Assembly (NCBI GenBank): GCA_965263355.1 | Contig: CBDHHL010000046.1 | Span: 1-64,000 of the forward strand | Source: Leptolyngbyaceae cyanobacterium | GTDB lineage: Bacteria; Cyanobacteriota; Cyanobacteriia; Phormidesmidales; Phormidesmidaceae | Length of the DNA: 64,000 nucleotides | Reading direction: 5' to 3' | Part shown: piece after piece, positions 1 to 9,683 of the stretch | How positions within the stretch are numbered: position 1 is the first letter of the stretch | Layout of the letters: the number at the start of each line of letters is the position of its first letter | Translations under genes and position numbers: made by a program | Notes under the pieces: generated by a model | Seen by the model: only the letters and a program-made list of their open reading frames with translations | Database searches by the model: none | Told to the model about the DNA's origin: nothing

Positions 1-2
1 CA

Positions 3-206
3 ATCGTTGTAAACGTACAAAAGAATGATGACTACCTTGGCTATGCTAACCTTTCCAAGGTCCATCAAAGGCAACTGCAAATCATTGTACCGACTTTAGA
101 ACAACATTATGAGGCACCCTTCGACCCCCAAATATGGGGAGTAGACAAAAGAAAATATCTGGAACAAAAACCAGTGCTTCATGTTTCACTCACTCAACTG
201 TCGTAA
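3..206 (+). CDS. 3' end of a hypothetical protein, truncated by the window edge
   Basis: Frame open from position 3 to TAA at 204-206 (IVVNVQKND...VSLTQLS). Confidence 0.5.
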   Translation: MVVNVQKNDDYLGYANLSKVHQRQLQIIVPTLEQHYEAPFDPQIWGVDKRKYLEQKPVLHVSLTQLS

Positions 207-338
207 TTGAAGAAACAACCACAAGTGGGTAGACACCATAATTAGAAGACAGACAATAAGCCATTTACACCCGCGCAACAAAACAAACCCCCCTCTCCTC
301 TTCTTCTCTCACCTTGAGTAACTCGGTACTCTATCGCT

Positions 339-818
339 ATGCAACAAAACGGTGCTATCAACAATGAAGACACCACAGGAATGAAAACCAAAGACTTTGT
401 CATCCATATAGTAGGTGTACTCGTCACCATTGGGCTTGCATTAGCTGGGTGGAATCTAACCCAAGTCCAAGAATTGACCGTCAAGATGGCTGCCATGGAA
501 GCTAACAGATATACCTCTGAAACGGGACGACAGCACGCAATACAAATTAACAAAGACATAAACGAGCTCAGAAACACACTTGTTACTCTGCTCAACTCCC
601 AAAAGAAACAAGTCGACACAGAACTCATCATTCTCAGAAATAAAATTACAGTTCTTGAAACTGCATCTGCTGAACCTCCTGCCTGGTTAATCAAACACCT
701 AGGAAATGTAGAAAAAATTGCAACCGGTAATCACTCAAGAATAACGGATGTAAAAAACAAAATACATTCAATGGAGTTGGAGCTACAAAGATTAAATCTA
801 AAAAAACAAGGAAAATAG
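339..818 (+). CDS. Membrane-anchored coiled-coil protein
   Basis: Hydrophobic segment FVIHIVGVLVTIGLALAGW followed by heptad-rich helices; TACTCT lies 6 nt before the ATG. Confidence 0.7.
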   Translation: MQQNGAINNEDTTGMKTKDFVIHIVGVLVTIGLALAGWNLTQVQELTVKMAAMEANRYTSETGRQHAIQINKDINELRNTLVTLLNSQKKQVDTELIILRNKITVLETASAEPPAWLIKHLGNVEKIATGNHSRITDVKNKIHSMELELQRLNLKKQGK

Positions 819-875
819 GGAAAAATGACTGCCGTACTCTGATTTGGATTCTCATTTTTTGAGAAATTGCAAATT

Positions 876-891
876 AATGACACGTGTCATT
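876..891. promoter_or_regulatory. Perfect 16-bp palindrome AATGACACGTGTCATT, candidate parS or operator (copy 1)
   Basis: Intergenic perfect palindrome; an identical copy lies at 52325-52340. Confidence 0.55.
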
Positions 892-942
892 TCTAAAGAA
901 TTGGTCGTTCCCTCACCTCTCTAAAGGGCCCATAATTTAGCC

Positions 943-1287
943 ATGTTGCAAATTGTTTGGCATACGCTTATCTATTCTACAACAGATGAAATCACATCTG
1001 AACCTATCCCCATCCCAGATGAGGCTTCTTCTGCTACCATAAAGCTAGATGCTACACATGGAGGTACTTTAGACATCGACTATATGGGAGCCTCTGACAG
1101 GCAGTTTCATCAGGACATAGTTAATGCTAACTCTGGTACTCAAGCTAGGTCAGTTGGCGGTAACAACTTCTACATAGAACCCGCAGGCGGTACTGTCATT
1201 CGACTAAGATGGGCTAGTGGGACCGCAGCCGCAGGTACTCTAACTGCTACGGTAGACTCCAATGAACCCGTTTTTTCCGCTTCTTAG
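943..1287 (+). CDS. Small beta-strand-rich protein, possibly virion-associated; paralog of 2562..2975
   Basis: T/S/G-rich; C-terminal IRLRW...AAGTLTATVD resembles IRCRW...SSGSFTVTID. Confidence 0.6.
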   Translation: MLQIVWHTLIYSTTDEITSEPIPIPDEASSATIKLDATHGGTLDIDYMGASDRQFHQDIVNANSGTQARSVGGNNFYIEPAGGTVIRLRWASGTAAAGTLTATVDSNEPVFSAS

Positions 1288-1314
1288 GCTTTCTGTAACT
1301 CGTATTATTAAAAC

Positions 1315-1701
1315 ATGACAATCAACTGGATAACCGGTTCGGCCATCCTAGGTACTGCCTCCTCAAACGCCACTGTGGCTACGGGTTCCGTTTCAACAAC
1401 AAACTGTACGGCCCTGACAACTAACCAATCTGTGCGTAGCATATATGTTCGAGTGGAGAATGGTGCCACGCCCCCAACAGCTCGAGTACTTGTCCGTGTT
1501 GAGGTTTCTAACGACAACACCAACTTTGCTTCAATCTATGAAAGGGTCGGCTCTGCAAATGCGGGAGGCATTTTACAATTTCCCTTCTCGACAGAGCACT
1601 GGCAAAATATGCGGGTTGTTATCGATAACACAGGCGGAGGCGGACAAGCAGTAGGTGCTAGAATTATTGAAGGACGCAAAGATATAGTACCAAACACATA
1701 A
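1315..1701 (+). CDS. Small beta-sandwich protein, possibly virion-associated
   Basis: T/S/A/V-rich with alternating beta-strand pattern (VRVEVSNDNTNF, NMRVVIDN). Confidence 0.6.
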   Translation: MTINWITGSAILGTASSNATVATGSVSTTNCTALTTNQSVRSIYVRVENGATPPTARVLVRVEVSNDNTNFASIYERVGSANAGGILQFPFSTEHWQNMRVVIDNTGGGGQAVGARIIEGRKDIVPNT

Positions 1702-1710
1702 GGATGAGCC

Positions 1711-2565
1711 ATGCCCGCAGTATTTAGAGACCGAATTACCGCCTTTCTGACACCTTTAACAACCTTCTCAACAACGATGTCGTTTTGTGCAGAAATCCAA
1801 CCAAGAGATGCAAATCTGCCAGACTTTTTTAGTATTGGTGGACCGCTGTTTCAATCCGTAACAAATATTGGCGATTACATCATCAACTTAGATATCGATG
1901 CCGCAGGACGTGCACAAATTGCCACCACAATTGTCCATTTCTCAACGGAAGAACAATTTTACTTTTGGCGGCACGACCTTAAAATTCCTACGTCTTTTCC
2001 CAGAAAAGTTGCCATTACCGTAGATATAAACGGGTCGCCCAGAGCCCCGACAGATGTTCGTGTATATGAAAACGGGACAGAGGTAGAACTAACTACGAAC
2101 TTTTTAGACACAGGCACAGCCACAGCCCCTAACACCACTACACAGGCTTGGTTCATAGGAGGTACAAATGAGACCGGAGCATTTGCTACCAATGGTTTCA
2201 ATGGATTGATAGCAAATGCTGGCATATTTACCCGCATACTAACAGCTTCAGAGATCCAACAACTGGCTGGAGATACACGTCCTGAGAATCTCGGGGCTTC
2301 CCTAGACGCTCCATTGTATTTAAGCCCAACAGAATTAGTAAGTAACGGAGAACTCATTCGTAGGTCTAGCGAGGCTACTATCGGTGCAGACGAGTATTCT
2401 CCCAACTTCGAAAATGCTACTTTTTTCAGCTCAGACGCCATTACAGAATTTATGCTTGAAGCTCCCGCAGCTCCTGCCACACCATCAATTAGCCCTTTAA
2501 GCCCCGTTCGACTGGGCCACCAACGTGTTGGGCCTCCGAGACTCGGGCCCATTCGGATAGCCTAA
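1711..2565 (+). CDS. LamG/concanavalin-like lectin domain protein (possible tail or receptor-binding component)
   Basis: VAIT...VRVYENG...WFIGG...FNGLIANAGIFTRILTASEIQQL matches the LamG-like C-terminal pattern. Confidence 0.7.
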   Translation: MPAVFRDRITAFLTPLTTFSTTMSFCAEIQPRDANLPDFFSIGGPLFQSVTNIGDYIINLDIDAAGRAQIATTIVHFSTEEQFYFWRHDLKIPTSFPRKVAITVDINGSPRAPTDVRVYENGTEVELTTNFLDTGTATAPNTTTQAWFIGGTNETGAFATNGFNGLIANAGIFTRILTASEIQQLAGDTRPENLGASLDAPLYLSPTELVSNGELIRRSSEATIGADEYSPNFENATFFSSDAITEFMLEAPAAPATPSISPLSPVRLGHQRVGPPRLGPIRIA

Positions 2566-2975
2566 GCCACGTCATACTCAACATCTATAGTAACAGTGAA
2601 TGACCCCGAAGATGGAGCAGACAACGGTATCCAACGACACCTAATTTTTCCTTTCAATCTTCTGGATGCCTCCGTTGCTAATTGGGTATCATTTAACCCT
2701 CCGCGAAAAGCAACAGTGTTCGTACTAACACCAGAAGCTCGAGTAGCAATACGACCAACTTGTCTATATGTTTCTGGGGAACCTTCGTCCGACTTTTCTA
2801 GAAATAGCTCTCCGGCGGATTCCGAAGTTATAGTGAAGTTAACAGATGTTTCATTTCTAAACCCGCCAATAGTTCCTGCATCTATGCCTGTGGCAGCTAT
2901 GGACGTAAAGGTTGTGGTGAACGTGTATTTGTTCTCTTGCGCTGGGACAAACATACTGTGATGAGCATAGCTCAA
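2562..2975 (-). CDS. Small beta-strand-rich protein, paralog of 943..1287
   Basis: Start overlaps the DinG stop; shares strand motifs with 943..1287. Confidence 0.6.
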   Translation of the reverse strand: MSYAHHSMFVPAQENKYTFTTTFTSIAATGIDAGTIGGFRNETSVNFTITSESAGELFLEKSDEGSPETYRQVGRIATRASGVSTNTVAFRGGLNDTQLATEASRRLKGKIRCRWIPLSAPSSGSFTVTIDVEYDVA

Positions 2976-4996
2976 TCACTAAAGTCCGCAAAGAAGTGGG
3001 GAATATCCTCAATCCTTGTTGATGTCCAACAGTCCTCTGGGAAGACCGCATCTTGGATACGCTTTCCATAATTTTTCGTGTGTAACCTGCGGTCCATAAT
3101 GACCATGGCTCCATAGTCTGTCTCGCTACGAAGTAACCGACCAAATCCTTGTCTGAGCTTAACAATAGCTTCAGAGATAGAATGTCGATAAAAGGCAGCT
3201 GAATCCTTCTTGTTTAAGTACCAAAAAACAGGGTCGTCTGGTGGACAAAAAGGTATTTTATCAATGAAAACCACTGACAAGGCTTGGCCCGGAATATCTA
3301 CTCCTTGCCAAAAAGAAGCTGTTGCCAAAATTATAGCTTTCTCACCTCTATCATGTGCTTGCTTAAATTTTTCGATGATCTGCCTACGACCATCTTGTCC
3401 TTGCGTAAACACGTTTAATTGAGGGTGGCAAATATGGAGCAACCTTCGTACTTCTCTCAGATTCCGATAGGATGTGAACAAAGCAAGAATACCTCCGCGA
3501 CGCATATTCATAATCAAGGAAAAAAGGTTCTTGGCTAAGTAAGCAGGAAACTCTTCGTGATCTGGGTCGAACTCCCCTTCAGGTACTACAGCTAAAGCCC
3601 GTTTCCCGCTAAATGGAGACGGGACTATTAGGCCTTCATACTGGTCCTCTTGTAGCCCCAGCTGATTTGCTATGAATCCAAGCCCCTTACTCTTGTTAGC
3701 AGATAAAGTGGCAGAGGTTGCTATAACTGTATTCCTCGAGAACACCGTTTCTTGTAACCACTCTGCTGCATCGAGCACCTTACAACTCACTTTGTAATGC
3801 TCACTTCCAGGTCGTTGTTCGAAATAGAATACGTGCTCAGCTGGGAACTTGCCTAACGCTTTACTATTGCCAGGCTCAAATTCTAATCTGCCAAAACAAA
3901 CCGTAGCCACTCTATCCTCCAACAAGATGCAGCTAGCTATCAGCTGGTTTATTCTCTTCATTCTTTTGGGATCAATTCCAACCATGTCTCGCATCTCTGC
4001 AAGACGTTCGCGAAGGTATTTAAAACAATCTGATAACGCAGTACAAGCGCCGAAGTCATCTCCTATGGGCTCTTCTAAGATTGAAAATACTCGACCCACC
4101 TCGCTAAACTTTTTCTGCAGTAAATTGAAACTCGATTCCATACGTCGAGATATGGACGCTGCCTGAGATGTACTCGCTCGAGACAAGAATCCCTTCAAAG
4201 AATTTATGGAAGCAGGAGAGATGCTGAAGCCTCTAAAATCCATAGCTATCTGAGGGACTTCATGGGCTTCGTCCATAATTATAAAACTGTATTCAGGTAG
4301 CAGCCCTATTTCACCATTACTCGCAAGCTTAATCTGCGCATCTATAAATAGCACATGATAGTTAGTCACTATCATGTGACAATCCTTCACTGATTTTCTT
4401 GCTCGGTATACATGACAGTCACCTTTGTCAACAGAACAACTATCTTTTAGACAAGTCTCAGGGCCTACAGAGACTTTGCTCCAAATATCGTCCCCCACAT
4501 CCTGCTGCAACAAAGTCCTGTCAAATACATCTGATGTCTCATCCAGATCTTGAAGGATATTTAGTACATCTTCAGGAACTGTCCTATTTGTCTTGGCCTC
4601 TCCCAATGCAAATTTACAAAGGTAATTGTTCATTCCCTTGATTAGGCCATACTGAAACCGGTCATTTTCCTCGACGCCTTCGTCCGTAAACACATCAAGC
4701 ACTTTCTTGATAATCGCGCAGTCGGAAAAATATAATTGCTCTTGTAAGACCTTATTGGCCGTACAATAAATGACAGAGGAACCTTCAGCAGCACCATGCA
4801 AAGCTGCCGGTATCCCAGCAGCCAAAGACTTTCCCGTGCCTGTTGGGGCTTCAATGACTGCGTGTTTCTTATCCCCTAAACAGGCCATTACAGTCTTGGC
4901 CATGGTAATCTGGCCGGGTCTGCTTTTGTATGATTGGAACAACAGGGAGAGGACGCCTTCAGCATCAAACACCTCGTCAATTAAATGGAGCATCAA
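2972..4996 (-). CDS. DinG/YoaA-family SF2 helicase with Fe-S cluster
   Basis: Q motif RPGQ, Walker A EAPTGTGKS, cysteines YLC and CLKDSC...C, DEAH, SATL, FWQGVD, QGFGRLLR. Confidence 0.95.
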   Translation of the reverse strand: MMLHLIDEVFDAEGVLSLLFQSYKSRPGQITMAKTVMACLGDKKHAVIEAPTGTGKSLAAGIPAALHGAAEGSSVIYCTANKVLQEQLYFSDCAIIKKVLDVFTDEGVEENDRFQYGLIKGMNNYLCKFALGEAKTNRTVPEDVLNILQDLDETSDVFDRTLLQQDVGDDIWSKVSVGPETCLKDSCSVDKGDCHVYRARKSVKDCHMIVTNYHVLFIDAQIKLASNGEIGLLPEYSFIIMDEAHEVPQIAMDFRGFSISPASINSLKGFLSRASTSQAASISRRMESSFNLLQKKFSEVGRVFSILEEPIGDDFGACTALSDCFKYLRERLAEMRDMVGIDPKRMKRINQLIASCILLEDRVATVCFGRLEFEPGNSKALGKFPAEHVFYFEQRPGSEHYKVSCKVLDAAEWLQETVFSRNTVIATSATLSANKSKGLGFIANQLGLQEDQYEGLIVPSPFSGKRALAVVPEGEFDPDHEEFPAYLAKNLFSLIMNMRRGGILALFTSYRNLREVRRLLHICHPQLNVFTQGQDGRRQIIEKFKQAHDRGEKAIILATASFWQGVDIPGQALSVVFIDKIPFCPPDDPVFWYLNKKDSAAFYRHSISEAIVKLRQGFGRLLRSETDYGAMVIMDRRLHTKNYGKRIQDAVFPEDCWTSTRIEDIPHFFADFSD

Positions 4997-5006
4997 GCTC
5001 CACTTA

Positions 5007-5735
5007 TCAGAGGGTTCTCAGCTTTGTTAAGTCATCATCATCCAATGGAGTAAATTCTCCAGAAGATGGAGGAGACACATGAGTGAGGTGACCGTCCTGC
5101 TCTTTCTCCTCTGGAAGAAGTTCATCGAGGTCGATATCATACTCAGAGAACATAGAGCTCGCTAAGCCATCCGTTACGGTAACCTCTTCATCATCTACGT
5201 ACTGGTCTATGACTTCGTCTAACCGCCGCCTTACAGCAGTAACAGCTTGGAGCTGTTGTGAATCGTCTAGTTGACCAGTTGCCAAAATCCCCTTAATTGT
5301 AAATGGGTCCCATGCCACCAAAGTCACTCGGGAATTGTCTTGTAATTGCGGGTATGTTGATCTGAGATCACTAATTGACCCCTTCCCAGATGTCACCCCT
5401 AACTTCAATATATGCTCTTGTGATAACTCAGCCACCTTCGCTCGTATAACCGTCCTAAGACGAACACTAACGACAAACGCAGTATCTACACATGCCAGAA
5501 TAATCCTAGTTTGTGTAGATAGGTCTTTTACGTCGCCTTGCAAAAGTAGTCCCGTCGCCGTTCCTGAGAGGATATGGGCTTGGACGTAGGGAGGAGCAAA
5601 CAAGGCAGATTCCAAAGAAATCGTTCTGACAGGCTTGCTTGACTCAGAAACCCGTCGAACAAGAGAGAGAAAAGTAAAAAATTTCCACATGCTATAGGCA
5701 CAGCAACACAATATGGATTTTCTGTCTAAGGCCAC
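5007..5735 (-). CDS. Hypothetical protein with possible ASCH/PUA-like domain and acidic tail; start uncertain
   Basis: VSVRLRTVIRAKVAELSQEH...LRSTYPQL...VTLVAW resembles the ASCH pattern; D/E-rich C-terminus. Confidence 0.45.
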   Translation of the reverse strand: MALDRKSILCCCAYSMWKFFTFLSLVRRVSESSKPVRTISLESALFAPPYVQAHILSGTATGLLLQGDVKDLSTQTRIILACVDTAFVVSVRLRTVIRAKVAELSQEHILKLGVTSGKGSISDLRSTYPQLQDNSRVTLVAWDPFTIKGILATGQLDDSQQLQAVTAVRRRLDEVIDQYVDDEEVTVTDGLASSMFSEYDIDLDELLPEEKEQDGHLTHVSPPSSGEFTPLDDDDLTKLRTL

Positions 5736-5767
5736 ATTTCACTGTTTACAGAATTGACACCAAAAAC

Positions 5768-6085
5768 TTACTTAGCGAACTTCGATAGATGTCTGGGATG
5801 CTGTTGAGCTGCACGTGACGGACAAAATGGAATAAACTTACACAACAGTCTAGCTAACCTAGCTGGCCACCAGTCATACCAAGGCACATATATTTTATAC
5901 AGGTCTTCCTTCACCAAAACATAATCCAAATAGACCTTTTCAAAGTCCTTTTCTACTGATTGTCTGGCCACCAAATCCATAGCCAACACAATGTAAGCCA
6001 ACTCTAACTCTGTACGAGACATGTTTCGCACTCGTTGTTTGAGCTCTGTCTCGTTGTCACAATTCACATAGTGCGTAACTATCAA
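5768..6085 (-). CDS. Hypothetical protein
   Basis: TTG start preceded by GAGGAGG; in operon order after the DHFR-like gene. Confidence 0.6.
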   Translation of the reverse strand: MIVTHYVNCDNETELKQRVRNMSRTELELAYIVLAMDLVARQSVEKDFEKVYLDYVLVKEDLYKIYVPWYDWWPARLARLLCKFIPFCPSRAAQQHPRHLSKFAK

Positions 6086-6097
6086 AATAGCCTCCTC

Positions 6098-6577
6098 TCA
6101 AGGCTTTCTCTCATACCTTTCAAGTTGTAGACGCCCATGATATGGATGTCGTCTTGTATCCGCCAATTCAAAATGGCGACGAAGTAAATATTTAGGGAAA
6201 ATTGTTGTCGAACTCGTAACGGGAACTGGATCAGGTACCCTCGTTAGATCGACAAAACTTGTTGCACTATCTAGAAGAGCTCGCTTAAAAAGCTCTCCCC
6301 CGCCTATCACCCAACAATTTGGATAAGCTGATACAGCAGCCTCATAACTAGAAAACACTACCAGCTGCTTTGATTCTACCAACGGCCGTCTTGTCAAAAC
6401 TACGTTACGTAGATTTTTAGTAGAGACAAAAAGGTTATTGAAGGTAGCCCCTCCCATCAAAATTGTTTGATTTGTTGTCAAATCCTTAAAGCGTTTAAAA
6501 ACTTCCTTGTAACGCCAAGGGAATTTACCGTCTTGGCCAATAACATAGTCCTCATTAGCGGTAACAATAATCTTCAC
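6098..6577 (-). CDS. Dihydrofolate reductase-like protein with altered catalytic residues
   Basis: VIGQDGKFPW, FKDLTTNQTILMG, NVVLTR, WVIGGGELF; see the DHFR finding for substitutions. Confidence 0.85.
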   Translation of the reverse strand: MKIIVTANEDYVIGQDGKFPWRYKEVFKRFKDLTTNQTILMGGATFNNLFVSTKNLRNVVLTRRPLVESKQLVVFSSYEAAVSAYPNCWVIGGGELFKRALLDSATSFVDLTRVPDPVPVTSSTTIFPKYLLRRHFELADTRRHPYHGRLQLERYERKP

Positions 6578-6664
6578 ACTCGAAGCTTACCGTCATTGAT
6601 CACAAAAAATAGAACTCTGATTACCTTGCTTTTGAGAACCAGCCTAAAATGTTAAGGAGAACAC

Positions 6665-7522
6665 ATGTTAAAACCTAACGCAAAAGTGCTAGCAGACTCC
6701 AATTCACCACACGGTAATCGCCTAACAACCTTCGAGGTAACAATGCATCGATTTGTGTTGGCGGAGTTTAACACACATCGAGCGTTTAGCAGAAACTCTG
6801 CATCATCTAGAGCCATTCCGGTTAGTAAAACCATAGACTCAGTGCGAACAAGCCCTGCATTACCCCTGGAGTGGAGAGCCGAGCAAAAAGGCATGCAAGG
6901 TGGCGATTTATTGGATGATACGGTCAGCCAAGAAAATTCTGGGCGGTTGTGTGCTTTTGCAGAACAAGCGTGTCAATTGGCCGAGCAGCTTGTTGAAAGC
7001 GGCACTCATAAGTCGATTGTGAATAGATATCTGGAACCATTCTTGTGGCATACCGTAATCGTTACGAGCACAGATTGGGACAATTTCTGGGAGCAGCGCT
7101 GTAGTCCTTTGGCACAGCCTGAAATTCGAGTGGCTGCTGAGTGCATGCTGAAAGCGTATAAGGAAAGTACTCCCAAGGCGTTACTGTTTGGAGAGTGGCA
7201 CACACCTTTAATTCAACCAGATGAGACAGATGAATACTTTGAAAGGTATCTGACAGAAACCAAATCAGACATAAGTGTTGCGGAATTACGAAGAAGGGTT
7301 AGTGCTGCTCGCTGTGCTCGAGTTTCCTATCTAACTCACCAAGGTCAAAGAGAGTTATCTGCTGATTTGGCATTGTATGATAGGTTGGTAAGCGCAGAAC
7401 CGCCTCATGCATCTCCACTCGAGCATGTGGCAACTCCTTGGCCTTCTATCACCCCGGGTAATTTTAAGGGTTGGTTACAACTCAGGCATGCTATCCCCAC
7501 TATTTTTGGCCCAGTGGCTTAA
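6665..7522 (+). CDS. thyX: Flavin-dependent thymidylate synthase
   Basis: EFNTHRAFSRNSASSRAIP (xHR-x7-S motif), AQPEIR, SAARCARVSY, HASPLEH; TAAGGAG Shine-Dalgarno. Confidence 0.88.
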   Translation: MLKPNAKVLADSNSPHGNRLTTFEVTMHRFVLAEFNTHRAFSRNSASSRAIPVSKTIDSVRTSPALPLEWRAEQKGMQGGDLLDDTVSQENSGRLCAFAEQACQLAEQLVESGTHKSIVNRYLEPFLWHTVIVTSTDWDNFWEQRCSPLAQPEIRVAAECMLKAYKESTPKALLFGEWHTPLIQPDETDEYFERYLTETKSDISVAELRRRVSAARCARVSYLTHQGQRELSADLALYDRLVSAEPPHASPLEHVATPWPSITPGNFKGWLQLRHAIPTIFGPVA

Positions 7523-8080
7523 AGCCCTCTCTGCCACTGCATGGGCCTTGTTTCTCAACGCATTCAGACGACTATCATTATCCACAATCTCGTGACAAAG
7601 ACACCCTTGAATTTGCATTTCAGATGGATGTTCAGCGTTTACGATGCTGCCTCGCAACCACTTAGAACGCCTTAATTTGACAGTGTACGCACCAGCGTCT
7701 CTCAACGCTTTTGTTTCATTTGGATATCGATTATCGGAAACAAGGTACACTCTGTTCGGATCTTTTTTGGCTAACACAATTGGACTGGTTGGGGCCTTTA
7801 TCCAGATCTCCGGACTAATTAACTCCCTCATCCCATGACCTATTGCTTGGAAAAATACTCGAGGCGCCAGCCCCCAATAAGGATCTTCCACATCTTTTAA
7901 ATCCCCCCGTAATTGAGCCTCAGAAAAACCTAAAGCAACACAAAGAGAATCCTTAAAAGTATCTGCGAAGTTCTTTTGGGTAGTAGCTAAACTACTGCTT
8001 AGAAATGCATCAGCTAAATAATTACAAAAGGTGTCTTTACCCGATTGGGCTTCTGCACAAACACTAATAATCCGAACCAT
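7475..8080 (-). CDS. Deoxynucleoside monophosphate kinase
   Basis: N-terminal P-loop AQSGKDT, FADTFK, PRVFFQAIG, VSDNRYPNE, HPSE. Confidence 0.88.
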   Translation of the reverse strand: MVRIISVCAEAQSGKDTFCNYLADAFLSSSLATTQKNFADTFKDSLCVALGFSEAQLRGDLKDVEDPYWGLAPRVFFQAIGHGMRELISPEIWIKAPTSPIVLAKKDPNRVYLVSDNRYPNETKALRDAGAYTVKLRRSKWLRGSIVNAEHPSEMQIQGCLCHEIVDNDSRLNALRNKAHAVAERALSHWAKNSGDSMPEL

Positions 8081-8135
8081 AGAGAGAGAATAACAAACTA
8101 AGAATTCTCAAAAAGGCGGATTTGAAGGATAGGAA

Positions 8136-8750
8136 CTAACTCGCATATAAAATTCGTGCATTTATTGGATTTTCTTGGAATCCTAGGCCTTCTGCAATTT
8201 CACATGCATCTCTTAGCGAAGTGACGCTCTCAAAATCTGCAACGCCAATCCCAAGTTCTTGGCACCTAGCTAACCATTTAGCCATTCCTGGATTTGGAGC
8301 TCCCACGTAGAAAACAGCTATGTGGGTGTGCCGTCCTTCGGACGAGTCTTGAATGCTACGCACAATTCTCGTAATATCCGATCTCGAAAATGTTGCAGTG
8401 ATAATGAAAAGATAATCTCGACTCGCTGCCGAACCAACCCTATAGCTTTGCCAAAATCTGTTTATGACAGAAGCCACATCGTTAACAAGCCCAGCAGGCT
8501 TTAACTTTTTGATAACGTCCTCTACTGAGTTGGCACTTACCGTACTCATTTCCGTCTTCTCAGCAAAAAGGCACACAGACGCAGCCGAGGACCAGCTCAC
8601 CAACGACAGCAGCTTCTCTTCTATTGCATCAAAACGTGTAAATGCTCCCAGGTAGGGGAGCAACATCCCAGGACTCGTTGAGATGGCAAAACAATGTCTT
8701 TCAGGCCTAGCCACCTCTACCGCAGGAGGTTTGATTGATACGCTGTTCAT
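8136..8750 (-). CDS. Possible degenerate vWA-fold protein
   Basis: FAISTSPGM, LFIITAT and IAVFYVG occupy the positions of vWA strands, but the MIDAS aspartates are missing. Confidence 0.35.
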   Translation of the reverse strand: MNSVSIKPPAVEVARPERHCFAISTSPGMLLPYLGAFTRFDAIEEKLLSLVSWSSAASVCLFAEKTEMSTVSANSVEDVIKKLKPAGLVNDVASVINRFWQSYRVGSAASRDYLFIITATFSRSDITRIVRSIQDSSEGRHTHIAVFYVGAPNPGMAKWLARCQELGIGVADFESVTSLRDACEIAEGLGFQENPINARILYAS

Positions 8751-8794
8751 GTGTGACAGGTTCTACTCTTGGAGCAGAAATTTCAAGTGACGTG

Positions 8795-9496
8795 TTAGGA
8801 GGGTCTATGTGGCATTTCGAAGAACGACTCTAGTTTCTCTTTGGCTAGGCTTACCGCCTTTTCCGATATATCAATGCCTGCGAATCTTCTGTTCAACTCT
8901 AGTGCTGCTACACCCGTAGAGGCACTACCCATAAAAGGGTCTACGACTAATTCCTCATCCTCTGTTGACTGTTCAATCAATACCTTCAATAGCCCCTTAG
9001 GCTTCTCTGCCGGGTATACTTTCTTACCCTTCAACCTCTTAAAAGACAGAACGTCAGGAATACTCAGGTCTCTCAAACGCTTGCGCTTGCACTTAGTTTT
9101 TTCAAAAAACAGAATAAGTTCATGGCGGGCTCGATATGAGTACCCCATGCCTATATTCACCTTGTCCCAAATTAAAAATTTCCGCAGCGTGAAATAGGGC
9201 CCAGCAGCTTCTCTCAGATGGTAGAGGGTTTCCTGATCTGAAAATAGGTATAAATGGCTAGAAGGCTTCAATACACGATGAAATTGTTGAAACATTAGAG
9301 GAAATTTTTCATTAGCGAATGTGGAAAACCAAGGATTCGAAGAGCTCGTACTTTGACTAAGACGAGTTGTTGTTCCCACTTTTCGGTGTTTCTCTAAGGA
9401 CTCATAAGGTGGATCAGTGACCACCAAGTCTACTGACTGCTCTGCAAGAGAATCCAACCAAAGGAGAGCATCTCCTTGATATATTTCGTAGCCCAT
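8795..9496 (-). CDS. Beta-class N4-C/N6-A DNA methyltransferase, orphan
   Basis: DLVVTDPPY near the N-terminus, YPAEKP, DPFMGSAST, GIDI. Confidence 0.93.
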   Translation of the reverse strand: MGYEIYQGDALLWLDSLAEQSVDLVVTDPPYESLEKHRKVGTTTRLSQSTSSSNPWFSTFANEKFPLMFQQFHRVLKPSSHLYLFSDQETLYHLREAAGPYFTLRKFLIWDKVNIGMGYSYRARHELILFFEKTKCKRKRLRDLSIPDVLSFKRLKGKKVYPAEKPKGLLKVLIEQSTEDEELVVDPFMGSASTGVAALELNRRFAGIDISEKAVSLAKEKLESFFEMPHRPS

Positions 9497-9683
9497 TGTT
9501 TTTCTCTAGAAAGCAAAAAAGGAGAGACGACCATGAAAAAAAACAAAGAACCATTGAGATGACTTCGAGCTGGACCGCAGCCTATCTCCGCCGTCTCTCC
9601 CCAAAACAACAAACCAAGTAAGAGGACTGGGATCCGCCTACTTGAGTTAAAGAAAGCACGAAAGTCCCATTCTCACAACCCTA

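Noticed and set aside
242..694. This and the many other short antisense or out-of-frame ORFs in the ORF track (e.g. 1959..2552, 45730..46311, 54263..54706)
   Set aside because: They lie opposite or within better-supported genes and show no motifs or translation signals.
339..818. Call as holin or spanin
   Set aside because: A transmembrane helix plus coiled coil is compatible, but no endolysin or lipoprotein partner is visible in the window, so it is left unassigned.
2972..4996. DinG helicase as a type IV CRISPR or defence component
   Set aside because: No csf genes or array nearby; neighbours are nucleotide-metabolism and small structural-type genes.
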